A stretch of 64,000 nucleotides of DNA. Origin: Gloeobacterales cyanobacterium (lineage in GTDB: Bacteria > Cyanobacteriota > Cyanobacteriia > Gloeobacterales > PMM-0068). The position numbers and the translations under genes were made by a program. A model generated the notes under the pieces. It made no database searches and was not told where the DNA came from. It worked only from the letters and a program-made list of their open reading frames with translations. The stretch spans positions 11,110 to 75,109 of the forward strand of contig JBBRSB010000005.1 in the NCBI GenBank assembly GCA_038245785.1, given 5' to 3'. Of this stretch, positions 18,738 through 28,842 are shown one piece after another; the stretch's first letter is position 1; every line of letters begins with the position of its first letter.

Positions 18738-19610
18738 CTATTTAATGCTGAGTGCAAGACGTCGCTGCATTTTGCTCAGCACATCTTGAGAGCGCCATTT
18801 CAAAAGGTTAATTTGCTCTGACAGCCGAATCTTAAAAACGCCATCATTATTGTAGTAATACAACTGCTCACTAGGCACAATGTAGCGTTCCCAATTCAGA
18901 TCTGTATCAACTGATTGGTAGTGGAGAAAATTGCTTTGGTTGACTTTTCTAGCTTCTTGACGGGTTACGAGCCGTAGTTTAATTTGCTCTGGATCTCGAT
19001 ATTGGTAGTGACAGTTGGCAATACGGTAAGAGCCTTTCTTCAGCTTTTTAGTAGCTTTAGGTCGCAGGTATCCAATCGGGTTTTCGGCATCAGTATACTC
19101 TGGCCAAGTTGTATCAGCTTCGATTCGAAATAAGCGCTGCTCAATGTTGGTAAAGCAATAGTAATGTCGCCGCTCGGAAATAGGACGATCGCGTGAATCC
19201 AATCCTGCCTGATGTTGTTGCCAATCCAGCTCAGTGAAGTGGAAGTTGTATTGAAGTGTATTGATTTGCTGAGCACCTTCTGCTTCGGCGATGCAAATCG
19301 CTTTGTGTGGAGATTCTGCTAGAACTTCGTCAGCATCAAGTACATAGAGCCAGTCGCCAATTTCAAAGGTATCGCGTACAGCATTGAACACTTGACCGCG
19401 CAAACCAAAATCAAACTTAAGCACATTTTCATGGCGAAAAGGAATGATTACATCGCTGGCAACTCGTTGGACTTCCTCCCAGCTATTATCGGTACTTCCA
19501 GTATCAAAAACGTAGATTTTATGACAGAATTTGCTGGCTAATTGTAAAATTTGAGCGATCACATCTCCTTCATTTTTAACAAGGCAGATGGCATGAACAC
19601 GCGTTGTCAT
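18738..19610 (-). CDS. glycosyltransferase family 2 protein
   Basis: ICLVKNEGDVIAQ...VFDTGSTDNS...YVLDADEVL (DxD) is typical of the GT-A fold. Confidence 0.7.
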   Translation of the reverse strand: MTTRVHAICLVKNEGDVIAQILQLASKFCHKIYVFDTGSTDNSWEEVQRVASDVIIPFRHENVLKFDFGLRGQVFNAVRDTFEIGDWLYVLDADEVLAESPHKAICIAEAEGAQQINTLQYNFHFTELDWQQHQAGLDSRDRPISERRHYYCFTNIEQRLFRIEADTTWPEYTDAENPIGYLRPKATKKLKKGSYRIANCHYQYRDPEQIKLRLVTRQEARKVNQSNFLHYQSVDTDLNWERYIVPSEQLYYYNNDGVFKIRLSEQINLLKWRSQDVLSKMQRRLALSIK

Positions 19611-19656
19611 AGAACCTCAGTAACCGCAAAGGACTCAAAAATATCCAGCAAGAACT

Positions 19657-22600
19657 TTAGACCATCGCCATCTGGCCACCTTTTAGCAACAGCTCAGCGC
19701 CTCTAAGTAAGTCTTCTTCCAAGTAGGGCTTGGTGAAGTAACCTTTGGCTCCTAGCTGATAGGCCGTTTGCCTATGTTTGTCTGCGCTACGAGAGGTGAG
19801 CATAGCAACGGGAAGATGTTTGAGACGGCTATCTTTTTGAACTTGGGAGAGGAACTCAAAGCCGTCCATTCGAGGCATTTCCACATCGCAGAATACCATA
19901 TCGCAGGCAAGACCAGCCTTGAGTTTTTCGGTGGCTTCTTGTCCATCTCTGGCCTGTTCTACGCGGTAGCCTGCCTTGATAAACGTCATCGATAACAGCT
20001 CACGCACCGTGATCGAATCATCCACAATCAGAACAGTAGGTTGGCTTTGCTTCTTGACTACTTTGGCCGGGCGGTATGGTTTCATCTCCTTGGCGGCAGG
20101 GAGTTGGCCTGTCACCATCCCAATCAATTCACCGACATCTGCAATCGACATCACCTGGCCATTGCCAAGAACCGTGACCCCAGCCAACCCCTGAGGTTTA
20201 TCTACAGGCCCTTTGAGTTGCTTGATAACAATTTCTTGCTCTTCGATAAAGGCATCCACCCCGACGGCGACGTAAGTCTCTCCGCTGCGGAGGATGACCG
20301 TAGCTACTTCTTTCTCCTTCATAAAGTCTGTGGAAGTACTGATACCAGGACGCTGATAAACCAGCAATTCAGAGAGAGGAACAAAAGGAATAAAGCGATC
20401 GCGCCAGAGAATGTAACGCCGTTTTCCTTCAGCCTTAATCCGGTCTGTCGGCAGTTCAACCATTTCATCAATACTGTCTAGCGGGAAAGCGATCATCGCT
20501 TGACCATTGCGACAGAGGATGGCCCGAGAAATACTCAAGGTTAAAGGAAGGCGGATGGTAAAGGTTGTTCCTTCCCCAGGAGTGGAATCAATCAGAACAT
20601 TCCCGCGCAAACGGTTCAGTCTATTCTGAACAACGTCCATACCGACGCCCCGTCCAGCAATCTCCGTCACCTGCTCCACGGTGCTGAAACCAGGTAGGAA
20701 GATCAGGGGGAAGACTTCGCCATCTGTCATCACCGCAGCCTGTTCAGGAGTGAGTAACCCCCGCTCTACCGCTTTGGCTCGGATCCGACGGGCGTCCAAT
20801 CCCCGGCCATCATCTTTGACGGAAATGATCGTTTGGTTGCCTTGATGAGAGGCCGAGACAGTAATTTTACCTTTCGCTTTTTTGTTCAATCTGCGCCGCT
20901 CCTCAATCGGCTCAATCCCATGCATCAGGGCATTGGTAGTGAGGTGGGTGAGCGGGTCATATAGCTCTTCTAAGATCGCCTTATCGAGTAAGGTTTCGCG
21001 TCCCAGCAGTTCTAGCTCAACTTCTTTACCCATGTTGATCGAGAGGTCGCGCACGGCGCGGGGTAGACGGTCTACCAGTTCGCTGAGCGGCAACATCCGG
21101 ATCTGGTTGAGTCCGTCCTGGAGTTGGGATGAGGTCTGCCGGAATTGACGGCTGGTTTCATCCGACTCATCCGTGACAAATTCAATATCGTCGGAAGCTT
21201 CTTTAATCCGTACGATCAGTTCCATAATCTCCTGAGAGAGGGTATGGAAGGCGGTGTAGCGGTCCATCTCTAGAGCATCAAAAGCTTCTTGGCCCCGATT
21301 GATATCGGCAATTGGGCTGGAAGTAGCTCCTGGAGCCTGAATGCCAAGTACAGATTTGTCGTAGTATTCCTCTAGCTCTCGGCTGACTCGGTCCATTTTG
21401 GTAACCCGCTGCTGGAGCATTTCCAAGGAAGCCCGGAGACGAGTCTGCTGATTCTCGAGGGTATTGCGGTTGATGACGAGTTCGCCTACCAAATTGCTCA
21501 AACCATCTAAGTGGCGCACTTCTACCCGCATGGTGCGACGGACCACAGGTCCGGTCAACGGAGCCCGTGACTCTGCGGATGCCGCCACCGCTGGTTGGGG
21601 AATTTCACGACCACCGCGCTCAGGCGGTGTTCCAGTACGGGTGGGACGACGGGCAGGACGTGCCGCAGGGGTCGCTTTGGGCGCAGGAGTCGCAGGAGTA
21701 ATAATAACAGGAGAAGGAAGAATATCTGTAGCTTGAGTCTGTTCCACAGCTTCTTTAGGAGCGTCAAACAAGGCTGCCAGATCCATCTCTTCATCAGAAT
21801 TGACGGTAGAAGCAAGTTCCTTCGAGGCAGGTGAGCTTTCCCGCTCCATCTCAGGCATGGAGGTAAACAAGTCGGCCAGAGAGTCTGCTGTTTCCGAGAC
21901 CGCAACTGGTTCCTGTAAGCGCAGCTCACGTGCCAAGTCGTATCCGGCAGCCGAAGGCGAGAAGGGGGGTTCGGCTTCGTCTTCGGGGAAAAGACTGGAG
22001 AGCGATGCTATCGTATCTTGCTCTTGGGCCTGTTCTTGCTTGACTAGCTGTTCGAGGACAGGAGCTGGAGCCACAATGAAGTTGTCTTTGGGCGGAGCAA
22101 ATAGTTGAGCGAGGATGTCGCCAAGGGATTCCTCTTCGGAAAGCTCCGCAACTGCAGCCATCGGCTCTACCGCTGGAGCTTCTAGAGAAACCAGAGGGAC
22201 CACAGCTTCGGCTACAGGAAGTTCTAACTCTTCTGATAGTAGAGACTCTAAAGCTGAAGCGGTCAGCCCCATACCAAGGGTGACTTCTAGGACTCCTGGG
22301 ATTTCCAAAACTGCTGTTTCTTCTGCCGCAGTTTCCACGACCTCTGGTGCGAACAGGTCGAACAGTTCTTCTGGCACAACCATGGGAATTTCAGGGAGCA
22401 CTTCTGGGGCCAGAACTTCCGCAAGGATTTCTTGCGTAAGCTGCTCTTCTGCAAGAACCTCTGACAGGATTTCCTGTGTGGGCCGCTCTTCTACTTCTTC
22501 AATCACCGGCACTGGGAACCCAGCACATTCCATGAGCCAAGGAGAAGGTTTTACCTGAGCGCCATCGCCCTGCAGAATCAGCGCTTTTGATTGCTGGAAT

Positions 22601-24279
22601 TCTGCCAGTACCCTGAAGCCCATCTCTTGCCAGCAAGAATCTCCACTGCGCAAGAGCGCCATCGCCAAGGTTTGACAGAGATTTTCCCACTGGGAGTATC
22701 CGTTGGCTGTGCCTAGCTCTGTCAGAGTCCGAGCCAGGGTCAGTATCTCTTCGCGCACAGGCTCAAACCGAGGCTGGATGAAGCATTCCTGTAGAGCGTA
22801 AATCCCTTCATCGACTTCTTCTAAGAATTCAGCGGGTAGCGTAAGCGGTTCTGGTTCTGCGGGGGCTGCGACTAATTCGGGTTCTGCCTGGGATAGGACA
22901 GCAAAAATCTCTACTGGTTCTGGCTCTATCGGTTCTGGCGCTTCGAAGGCTAGAGGGACAGTAACAAGTTCTGCTTCAACAAATATGGGTTCTTCTTGAG
23001 GTATGGCTTCAACAATTTCTGCTATTTCTGTTGCTTCTACTAGCGGTGCTGTGACCTCGAGCGGTACTTCCAGAGAGGCCAGAACGAGTTCAGGCTCTGT
23101 CTCTTGCCCTGTAAGGTCCCCAGTAGATGCAATGGCCTCTACTACAGGAACTGCAAGCGGTACTTCAGGAGCCAGGACAAATTCAGGTTCTGTTTGGGAG
23201 AGCGCTTCTATTTCAACAGCCACAGGTTCATAAGCTGCTACCTCAATGCCGTTGAGCTTTTGCTCAATGCGCATCAGCAGAGGTTCAACTTCTTGCAGGG
23301 CGGCTTCGTCTAGTTCAAGATTGACAGCCGGTAGTCGATCAACGACACCTTGTAAGATAATCCGAGCTTGATCTAAATAGCTATGGAGGACGGCATCAAA
23401 AAGCGCAGGCTGATTGTGGATTTCACGGCAAAAATGCTCCAAGCGAAAGGCAATTTGCCGGATCGCTTGCAGGTGGAGCATAGCAGCTCCTCCCTTGAGG
23501 GAGTGAAAAGACCGATATAGCTCTTCGCGGATTTCGTCTAGATCTAGGCTTGGGTCAAAATCTGGGGTGCTTAGGGACAGCAAGTTCCGCTCGGCAGTCA
23601 CTAAGTTCTCTTGGGCTTCTTCAATAAAATATCCCAAAATTCTCTGTTGGTCAGGACTGAGCGGCGTATGCACTAAAGTCGTTACTACAGGAGCAGGAAG
23701 CCCGGTTATAGGAGCGACGGGAGGGACAGAAATTTCAGGTTTTTCTTCTTCAACTTCTTCAACTAGTGTTGCCTGTTCTAACTCAAATGGTTTTAATGTT
23801 TCTACTGCTTCTGGCTGTTCTAGCCAAAGCTGTTCTATCTCAAAGGGTTCTAAAGTTTGTATAGAATCTGTGCTTAGGTTATTGAGCTTGGCTGCAATCT
23901 TCTCTCCGATTGGCCCCATATCAGCTAAACACTTCTCATTGATGACTGGGTCAATCGTCGGTAGCGCGTAGAACATAACCTTGAGCAGATCTAGCCCCTG
24001 CAAGAGGTAGCCTTCTAACTCTTGGTCTATGTGCAGTTGGCGGTCTTGCAAGATGTTGAAACAATCTTCTAGTTTGTGAGAGACACCCAGGATTGCCTGG
24101 AGGCCCAGCATGGCGGCTCCACCCTTGACTGAGTGCGCAGCCCGAAATAGTTCTCTGAGAACATCTGCAGGGTCATCACTGTACTGTAGCTCCATCAAGC
24201 CCTGTTCCATCGTATTGAGATGGTCACGGGCTTCCTCGATAAAGTACTCCAGGATGCGTTGCTGTGCGTCTTGCTCCAT
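19657..24279 (-). CDS. pilL: CheA-like hybrid histidine kinase (PilL/HmpE type): two Hpt domains, long acidic Pro/Glu/Val-rich spacer, kinase, CheW-like and C-terminal receiver domains
   Basis: Hpt motifs FRAAHSVKGGAAMLGL and YRSFHSLKGGAAMLHL. HATPase motifs HLTTNALMHGIE, DDGRGLD and GRGVGMDVV. Receiver VLIVDDSITVRELL...DVEMPRMDGFEF...KP. Confidence 0.85.
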   Translation of the reverse strand: MEQDAQQRILEYFIEEARDHLNTMEQGLMELQYSDDPADVLRELFRAAHSVKGGAAMLGLQAILGVSHKLEDCFNILQDRQLHIDQELEGYLLQGLDLLKVMFYALPTIDPVINEKCLADMGPIGEKIAAKLNNLSTDSIQTLEPFEIEQLWLEQPEAVETLKPFELEQATLVEEVEEEKPEISVPPVAPITGLPAPVVTTLVHTPLSPDQQRILGYFIEEAQENLVTAERNLLSLSTPDFDPSLDLDEIREELYRSFHSLKGGAAMLHLQAIRQIAFRLEHFCREIHNQPALFDAVLHSYLDQARIILQGVVDRLPAVNLELDEAALQEVEPLLMRIEQKLNGIEVAAYEPVAVEIEALSQTEPEFVLAPEVPLAVPVVEAIASTGDLTGQETEPELVLASLEVPLEVTAPLVEATEIAEIVEAIPQEEPIFVEAELVTVPLAFEAPEPIEPEPVEIFAVLSQAEPELVAAPAEPEPLTLPAEFLEEVDEGIYALQECFIQPRFEPVREEILTLARTLTELGTANGYSQWENLCQTLAMALLRSGDSCWQEMGFRVLAEFQQSKALILQGDGAQVKPSPWLMECAGFPVPVIEEVEERPTQEILSEVLAEEQLTQEILAEVLAPEVLPEIPMVVPEELFDLFAPEVVETAAEETAVLEIPGVLEVTLGMGLTASALESLLSEELELPVAEAVVPLVSLEAPAVEPMAAVAELSEEESLGDILAQLFAPPKDNFIVAPAPVLEQLVKQEQAQEQDTIASLSSLFPEDEAEPPFSPSAAGYDLARELRLQEPVAVSETADSLADLFTSMPEMERESSPASKELASTVNSDEEMDLAALFDAPKEAVEQTQATDILPSPVIITPATPAPKATPAARPARRPTRTGTPPERGGREIPQPAVAASAESRAPLTGPVVRRTMRVEVRHLDGLSNLVGELVINRNTLENQQTRLRASLEMLQQRVTKMDRVSRELEEYYDKSVLGIQAPGATSSPIADINRGQEAFDALEMDRYTAFHTLSQEIMELIVRIKEASDDIEFVTDESDETSRQFRQTSSQLQDGLNQIRMLPLSELVDRLPRAVRDLSINMGKEVELELLGRETLLDKAILEELYDPLTHLTTNALMHGIEPIEERRRLNKKAKGKITVSASHQGNQTIISVKDDGRGLDARRIRAKAVERGLLTPEQAAVMTDGEVFPLIFLPGFSTVEQVTEIAGRGVGMDVVQNRLNRLRGNVLIDSTPGEGTTFTIRLPLTLSISRAILCRNGQAMIAFPLDSIDEMVELPTDRIKAEGKRRYILWRDRFIPFVPLSELLVYQRPGISTSTDFMKEKEVATVILRSGETYVAVGVDAFIEEQEIVIKQLKGPVDKPQGLAGVTVLGNGQVMSIADVGELIGMVTGQLPAAKEMKPYRPAKVVKKQSQPTVLIVDDSITVRELLSMTFIKAGYRVEQARDGQEATEKLKAGLACDMVFCDVEMPRMDGFEFLSQVQKDSRLKHLPVAMLTSRSADKHRQTAYQLGAKGYFTKPYLEEDLLRGAELLLKGGQMAMV

Positions 24280-24298
24280 GGAAAAGCTCCTTTATCCG

Positions 24299-26392
24299 TT
24301 AGCTATTAAAAGATATGAACGGGTTGCCGTGGCTTTCTAAAGCCGATTCCACGGAGTCTTCTGCGGTAGGCCTATCGTCAGACTGCGGGCTTTTTGAGAC
24401 CTGGAAACGGTCGGTGGAGGTCTCCAGACTATTGGACACCGCTACGAGCTCATGCAGAGAGTCAGAAACACGACGAGCTTCTTTTGAAGTTGTTTGAGCA
24501 GTACCTTCTAGCCCTTCCATGACCTTGGCTACCACACGCGCTGTTTCTTCTTGATCTACAGCCGTATGGGCAATGCCTGTAACTAGCATGTCAATCTGGC
24601 GTGAGACGGTAATAATCTCATCCAGAGAAGCTTTAGACTGTTGAGCTACGGCCGTTCCCTGAATGACCTGGTTAATTCCGGTATCCATGGCCGCCATAAC
24701 ACCGCTGGTCTCTGATTGAATATTTAGTACAATCTGTTCGATTTCTCGGGTTGCTTTGGCTGCCCGGTCGGCCAACTGGCGCACCTCATCCGCTACGATA
24801 GCGAACCCCCGTCCTGCCTCTCCGGCCCGTACCGCTTCAATACTGGCATTCAGCGCCAGCAGATTGGTTCGAGAAGAGAGCTGGTTGATCAGAGCAACGA
24901 TCTTAGAAATTTCTTGCGTAGATTCTGCTAAGCGCTTTACTTTCTTGCCGGTCTCTGAGACCGTTTCGCGGATCGCTAAAATTCCTGCTACTGTCCGCTC
25001 TACCGCTTCTCCCCCGCGCGTTGCCGTTTCGCTGGCTTGACGTGCTACCGTCTCCGCTGTCCGTGCGTTTTGGGCTACTTGCTGGATAGACTCCGTCATA
25101 TTGCGCACGGCCCAGAGGGTCTGACCAATTTCCTCGGATTGGCGTAAGGCATCGGTGGATAGACCACGGGCAAACTGTTCGTTCTCCAGAGCAGAAAGGC
25201 TGACCTGTCCGGCCGTTAGCTTGACCTTGCGGACCAGTTGGCTGAGGTTCTGAATAGTCAAGTTGAAGGAGTCTGCGACTGCTCCCATAATGTCTGCGGT
25301 GACTTCCGCCTGGACTGTCAGGTCTCCCCGCGCAGCGCCCTCAACTTCATCCAAAAGTTTGATTACTTGGCGCTGTAGATCTTCTTTCTCTTGCTTTTGT
25401 CTGCTGGACTCTTGCTGCTGTTCCTTCAGAAAGGTACCGAGCTTGCTCATCAAACTCTTGGCAGGGTCTATCAGCTTTTTAGAGGTTTGGGAGAGAAGTA
25501 CTAAGGAAGCTGCTGTTCCGAGCAGGACCGGCAAACCATAGAAAGCGGCTTTATCCAGCGGCAGTCCTTCTGTGATGGCCCAACCTAACCCTAAAAAGCC
25601 TCCTATTCCTGGAATCAACACGATCGGGAGCAAAGTTTTCCCGATTTGCTCTTGTTGTGAAACTGCACTTTCAAACTCTGCTGGGCTCAGGAGGTCTTCC
25701 TGTTTGCTGGGAGGAGTATTGGACGCTGGAGCCTGCGAAGAACGGTCTTCTAACATTGTGCTCATCATCGGACTGGGTAAGCCCATATCTGCATAGGAAC
25801 TTTGTTCTCTCATTTCTTCTCGGCTGGGCTCATTGGAACGGGTTGCATAGTTTGGAGCAGGATAATCTTGCGCAGAAGGGGCCGTCGATTCAGTCTCTGG
25901 AGAGGAGAAAGGTTCCAGATAAAAATTTTGATAAGCGATCGCTTCTGACGGCGAAGGTTCCTCTCTAGGTTCTTCTTGCAGAAAATTTGTGGGACCCAGG
26001 TTGCTAGTTGGATAGGGGAGTTCAGATTCTGGACTGGCAAAACTGGAGTCTGGGGATTCGTAGTTGTTCATTCCAAAAAAGGGCTCGGATTCGCTTGCAG
26101 ACATAGGACTGGCCACCGTTTGGGGTTCCATATTTTCCAGGTCCAATCGCTGTAGCGCCTTGTGCGCTGTTTGGTGAATTTCAGGATCAGCATTGAGCCC
26201 TAGAACCTTCTCATATTGGATCCGTGCCATATCAGGGCGACCTATTTGCTGTTGGGCTGAAGCCAACCAGAGACGAAGATTTGGGTCTTCAGGCTGGACA
26301 TCTACAAGATGGGTAAACAGATTGACGGCTTCCTCGTAATTCTCTTGAGCAAAAGCCTCTACTGCTTGTTGATATTCGGTTGCCGAAACCAT
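24299..26392 (-). CDS. pilJ: methyl-accepting chemotaxis protein (PilJ/HmpD type), TPR-like N-terminus, no GAF/phytochrome domain seen
   Basis: MCP signalling hairpin [34 protein letters not shown]. Start placed at ATG 26392 (MVSATEY), which follows a GAGGTAGG RBS; the track start is 26470. Confidence 0.8.
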   Translation of the reverse strand: MVSATEYQQAVEAFAQENYEEAVNLFTHLVDVQPEDPNLRLWLASAQQQIGRPDMARIQYEKVLGLNADPEIHQTAHKALQRLDLENMEPQTVASPMSASESEPFFGMNNYESPDSSFASPESELPYPTSNLGPTNFLQEEPREEPSPSEAIAYQNFYLEPFSSPETESTAPSAQDYPAPNYATRSNEPSREEMREQSSYADMGLPSPMMSTMLEDRSSQAPASNTPPSKQEDLLSPAEFESAVSQQEQIGKTLLPIVLIPGIGGFLGLGWAITEGLPLDKAAFYGLPVLLGTAASLVLLSQTSKKLIDPAKSLMSKLGTFLKEQQQESSRQKQEKEDLQRQVIKLLDEVEGAARGDLTVQAEVTADIMGAVADSFNLTIQNLSQLVRKVKLTAGQVSLSALENEQFARGLSTDALRQSEEIGQTLWAVRNMTESIQQVAQNARTAETVARQASETATRGGEAVERTVAGILAIRETVSETGKKVKRLAESTQEISKIVALINQLSSRTNLLALNASIEAVRAGEAGRGFAIVADEVRQLADRAAKATREIEQIVLNIQSETSGVMAAMDTGINQVIQGTAVAQQSKASLDEIITVSRQIDMLVTGIAHTAVDQEETARVVAKVMEGLEGTAQTTSKEARRVSDSLHELVAVSNSLETSTDRFQVSKSPQSDDRPTAEDSVESALESHGNPFISFNS

Positions 26393-26454
26393 GGTCCTAC
26401 CTCTTTTGAAACTCGTCTTTGAAAACTCATCTTGCATGCGCTGGGTGAATGGTC

Positions 26455-27006
26455 TTAGGCTGCTGCCCATTGTTTGGCGGTGACGATGGAGCCAGGAGTA
26501 AGGAGGATCACAGGTTGGTCCTCAGTGTGGAACTTGCCCTGAATATGTTGGGCCAATCCTTCTTCTAAAGATTGATTCACCATCTCTTCAATCTGGTCTG
26601 CATTGATCCAGGCCATACCTTGGATAGCGTGCACGGCCAATCCCAAAACTCCTTCTCCCTCTTGCACAACAATCACGGAACAGGAACCGATAAATTCTGT
26701 ACTGGCCTGACCGTAGAGCTGGCGAAGGTCCAGAATCCAGATAATTTCTCCCCGTAAATTAAAGGTTCCCAAAAGGAGTGAAGAGATATTGGGCATAGGC
26801 GTAATTTGCTCTGGCAAAATCTCTACGACTTCGACAACGGTAGTAGCGGCGAAAGCAAATTGTTCTTCTCCAGACAGACCAAAGCGCAGGTAAAGGTCTC
26901 CTTGCGGTATGGGCATGCGGGGAGCGTCTTCTAAGGGAGTGAGGTCTATCCCTCGGAAAGCGGTGTTTACTGCGTTCGAGTCTCGTGCGTTCAAGTCTTG
27001 TGCCAT
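26455..27006 (-). CDS. pilI: CheW-like coupling protein (PilI/HmpC type)
   Basis: 183-aa CheW-fold pattern ([21 protein letters not shown]...[10 protein letters not shown]). It sits between the CheY-like and MCP genes. Confidence 0.75.
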   Translation of the reverse strand: MAQDLNARDSNAVNTAFRGIDLTPLEDAPRMPIPQGDLYLRFGLSGEEQFAFAATTVVEVVEILPEQITPMPNISSLLLGTFNLRGEIIWILDLRQLYGQASTEFIGSCSVIVVQEGEGVLGLAVHAIQGMAWINADQIEEMVNQSLEEGLAQHIQGKFHTEDQPVILLTPGSIVTAKQWAAA

Positions 27007-27012
27007 GCAGCC

Positions 27013-27378
27013 TTATCTCTTAAGTAGATTTCTAACGATTTGAATCAGTTCTTGGGCAATAAAGGGCTTGGTGATGTAGGCATCTGCTCCCTGCTTCATA
27101 CCCCAATAACGGTCAAATTCTTCCCCTTTAGAACTGCACATCACCACGGGCAACTGTTGGGTAACCGGGTTGGATTTCAGCCTGCGGCATACTTCGTAGC
27201 CATTCAGCCGAGGCATAATGATGTCCAGAACTACAAGATCAGGGCGGATACGCTCCACCTGATTGAGCGCTTCCAGTCCATCCTGGACAGAGATTACTTC
27301 AATCCCGTTTTCGCGCAGCACACTCGCAATCATTTCTCGCTGGGATAAATTGTCTTCGACAAGCATTACGGTGCTCAT
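27013..27378 (-). CDS. pilH: single-domain CheY-like response regulator (PilH/HmpB type)
   Basis: VMLVEDN...DLVVLDIIMPRLNGYEV...SSKGEE...GADAYITKP. Confidence 0.85.
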   Translation of the reverse strand: MSTVMLVEDNLSQREMIASVLRENGIEVISVQDGLEALNQVERIRPDLVVLDIIMPRLNGYEVCRRLKSNPVTQQLPVVMCSSKGEEFDRYWGMKQGADAYITKPFIAQELIQIVRNLLKR

Positions 27379-27385
27379 GGCAATC

Positions 27386-28567
27386 TCATGAAAGGGTTTT
27401 AGAAGAAGGGGTAGAAGAAGAGGAAGGAGAAGATACAGAATTGTTCTCAGCAGAGCCTACATACTTATCAACAATGGCCAACAGCTCCTGCTCGCCAAAG
27501 GGCTTGGTCAGGTACTCTGTGGCCCCAGCCATACGGGCTCTCACTCTGTCAATGAAGCCGTCTTTGCCTGTGAGCATGACCACAGGAGTTTTATGAAACG
27601 CTCCTGATTTGCGAATCATGGCGCATAGCTCATAGCCATCCATCTTCGGCATGGCAATATCCATGAGGATCAGGTCTGGCATCAGCTTGTACAAATCGGC
27701 AATTGCCTTAACCGGGTTGGCAATGGTATGAACCTGATACCCTCTGCCACCGAGGAAATTTTCTACACTTTTCTGAATGACAATACTGTCATCAATGCAG
27801 ACTACGACCCGGCTTCCGCTAGAAGCACTAGAAGCACGTATCGGAGCAACTTCCAAGTCGCGAATACCTAGAATTCCCTCTTCTACGTAGGGCATGATGG
27901 CCTTGGTTACGGTCACGATGTCGCGGCAGAGAAAGCGAGCAATAGAGCGGAGACTATGGGTCCCGTTTATCCAGCGAACGAGTTGGTCATAGGCTGTTTT
28001 AGGTAGCTTTTGCTGTAGCAGGTCTTGAGAATTGATGAAAGGACGCTGTTCAGGGGAGAGCACACGAGGCTGGAGTTTTTGCCACTCCGTCATCCGAGCG
28101 CCGACCCGCTTGAGGGTCAAGCCTACTTCCAAGGGGAGCAGCACCGCTGCCATCGATGGTTTGTCATCAAAAATAAAAGAGCCCTGGTTCAGGGTCATCA
28201 GATCGAAAAACACTTCTTCGACCATGGCTTGAATGATCTGTTTAGCCTGGACGGACTCAAGCTGTCCCTGGTTCACCAATTGAACGAGAAAGGCGTACTC
28301 CGGAGCTGTTTGATCGGCGGAAGGTTCTAAAATATGCCGATCTTCAACCAAATGTGTGAGGTTGAAGCGCTGCAAATAGTCTTTGAGCCGTCTAAATCCG
28401 CCTTCCGTCTCAGCGGCATAAATACAACGCCCTTGCTCAAAGGCGACGACCCAGAAGCGGTTCTTCTGTTCCGTTTCCAGAAAGAGTTCTCCGGAGCGTT
28501 GACCTAATTCAATGAGCTGAAGAAGGTTAGAGGCATCCATCTCATGGAGTTTTCCCTGCATCGGCAT
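27386..28567 (-). CDS. pilG: PATAN (DUF4388)-domain response regulator (PilG/HmpA type)
   Basis: N-terminal GKLHEMDASNLLQLIELGQRSGELFLE is the PATAN signature. The C-terminal receiver is VVCIDDS...DLILMDIAMPKMDGYELC...TGKDG...GATEYLTKP. Confidence 0.8.
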   Translation of the reverse strand: MPMQGKLHEMDASNLLQLIELGQRSGELFLETEQKNRFWVVAFEQGRCIYAAETEGGFRRLKDYLQRFNLTHLVEDRHILEPSADQTAPEYAFLVQLVNQGQLESVQAKQIIQAMVEEVFFDLMTLNQGSFIFDDKPSMAAVLLPLEVGLTLKRVGARMTEWQKLQPRVLSPEQRPFINSQDLLQQKLPKTAYDQLVRWINGTHSLRSIARFLCRDIVTVTKAIMPYVEEGILGIRDLEVAPIRASSASSGSRVVVCIDDSIVIQKSVENFLGGRGYQVHTIANPVKAIADLYKLMPDLILMDIAMPKMDGYELCAMIRKSGAFHKTPVVMLTGKDGFIDRVRARMAGATEYLTKPFGEQELLAIVDKYVGSAENNSVSSPSSSSTPSSKTLS

Positions 28568-28842
28568 CCTTGTCCTGATCGTGATGGTTTGCGATCTCTA
28601 AGACCGTCCGCTACTCGCAGAGGTAACACCATGGGGCGTCACGCACTATGAGGAGCCTGATCTCAGTCTTCCCTCCGTGAGCTCACGGACCTCTCGCTGC
28701 AATATAAAGATTTGGTTAATTCTCTGTGTATTAGCGCGATTACGGAGCCACAGGAATTTCGAGCGCAGGTAATAATACGCGCAGCGGAAAAGGGTAGACT
28801 GATTTATAAAGACACCGACTAACCTTTACCCTTCATCAACAC

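Noticed and set aside
20394-20401. HIP1 (GCGATCGC) enrichment as a repeat feature
   Set aside because: I spotted only three exact copies (about 20394, 25936 and 32583) in 64 kb. That is too few to claim enrichment over chance, and it is useful only as weak support for a cyanobacterial origin.
21464-22558. Multiple 80-150-aa ORFs on the plus strand inside the pilL gene (and similar antisense ORFs inside apcE, mfd and the MCP gene)
   Set aside because: They are low-complexity Ser/Arg/Gly-rich translations antisense to a well-supported long gene and lack RBSs. This is a typical artefact of repetitive GC-biased coding sequence.
24299-26392. PixJ-type phototaxis photoreceptor
   Set aside because: No GAF or cyanobacteriochrome motif (no conserved Cys-His bilin-binding segment) is seen in the N-terminal half. 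Only TPR-like and low-complexity sequence precedes the TM/HAMP/MCP part.
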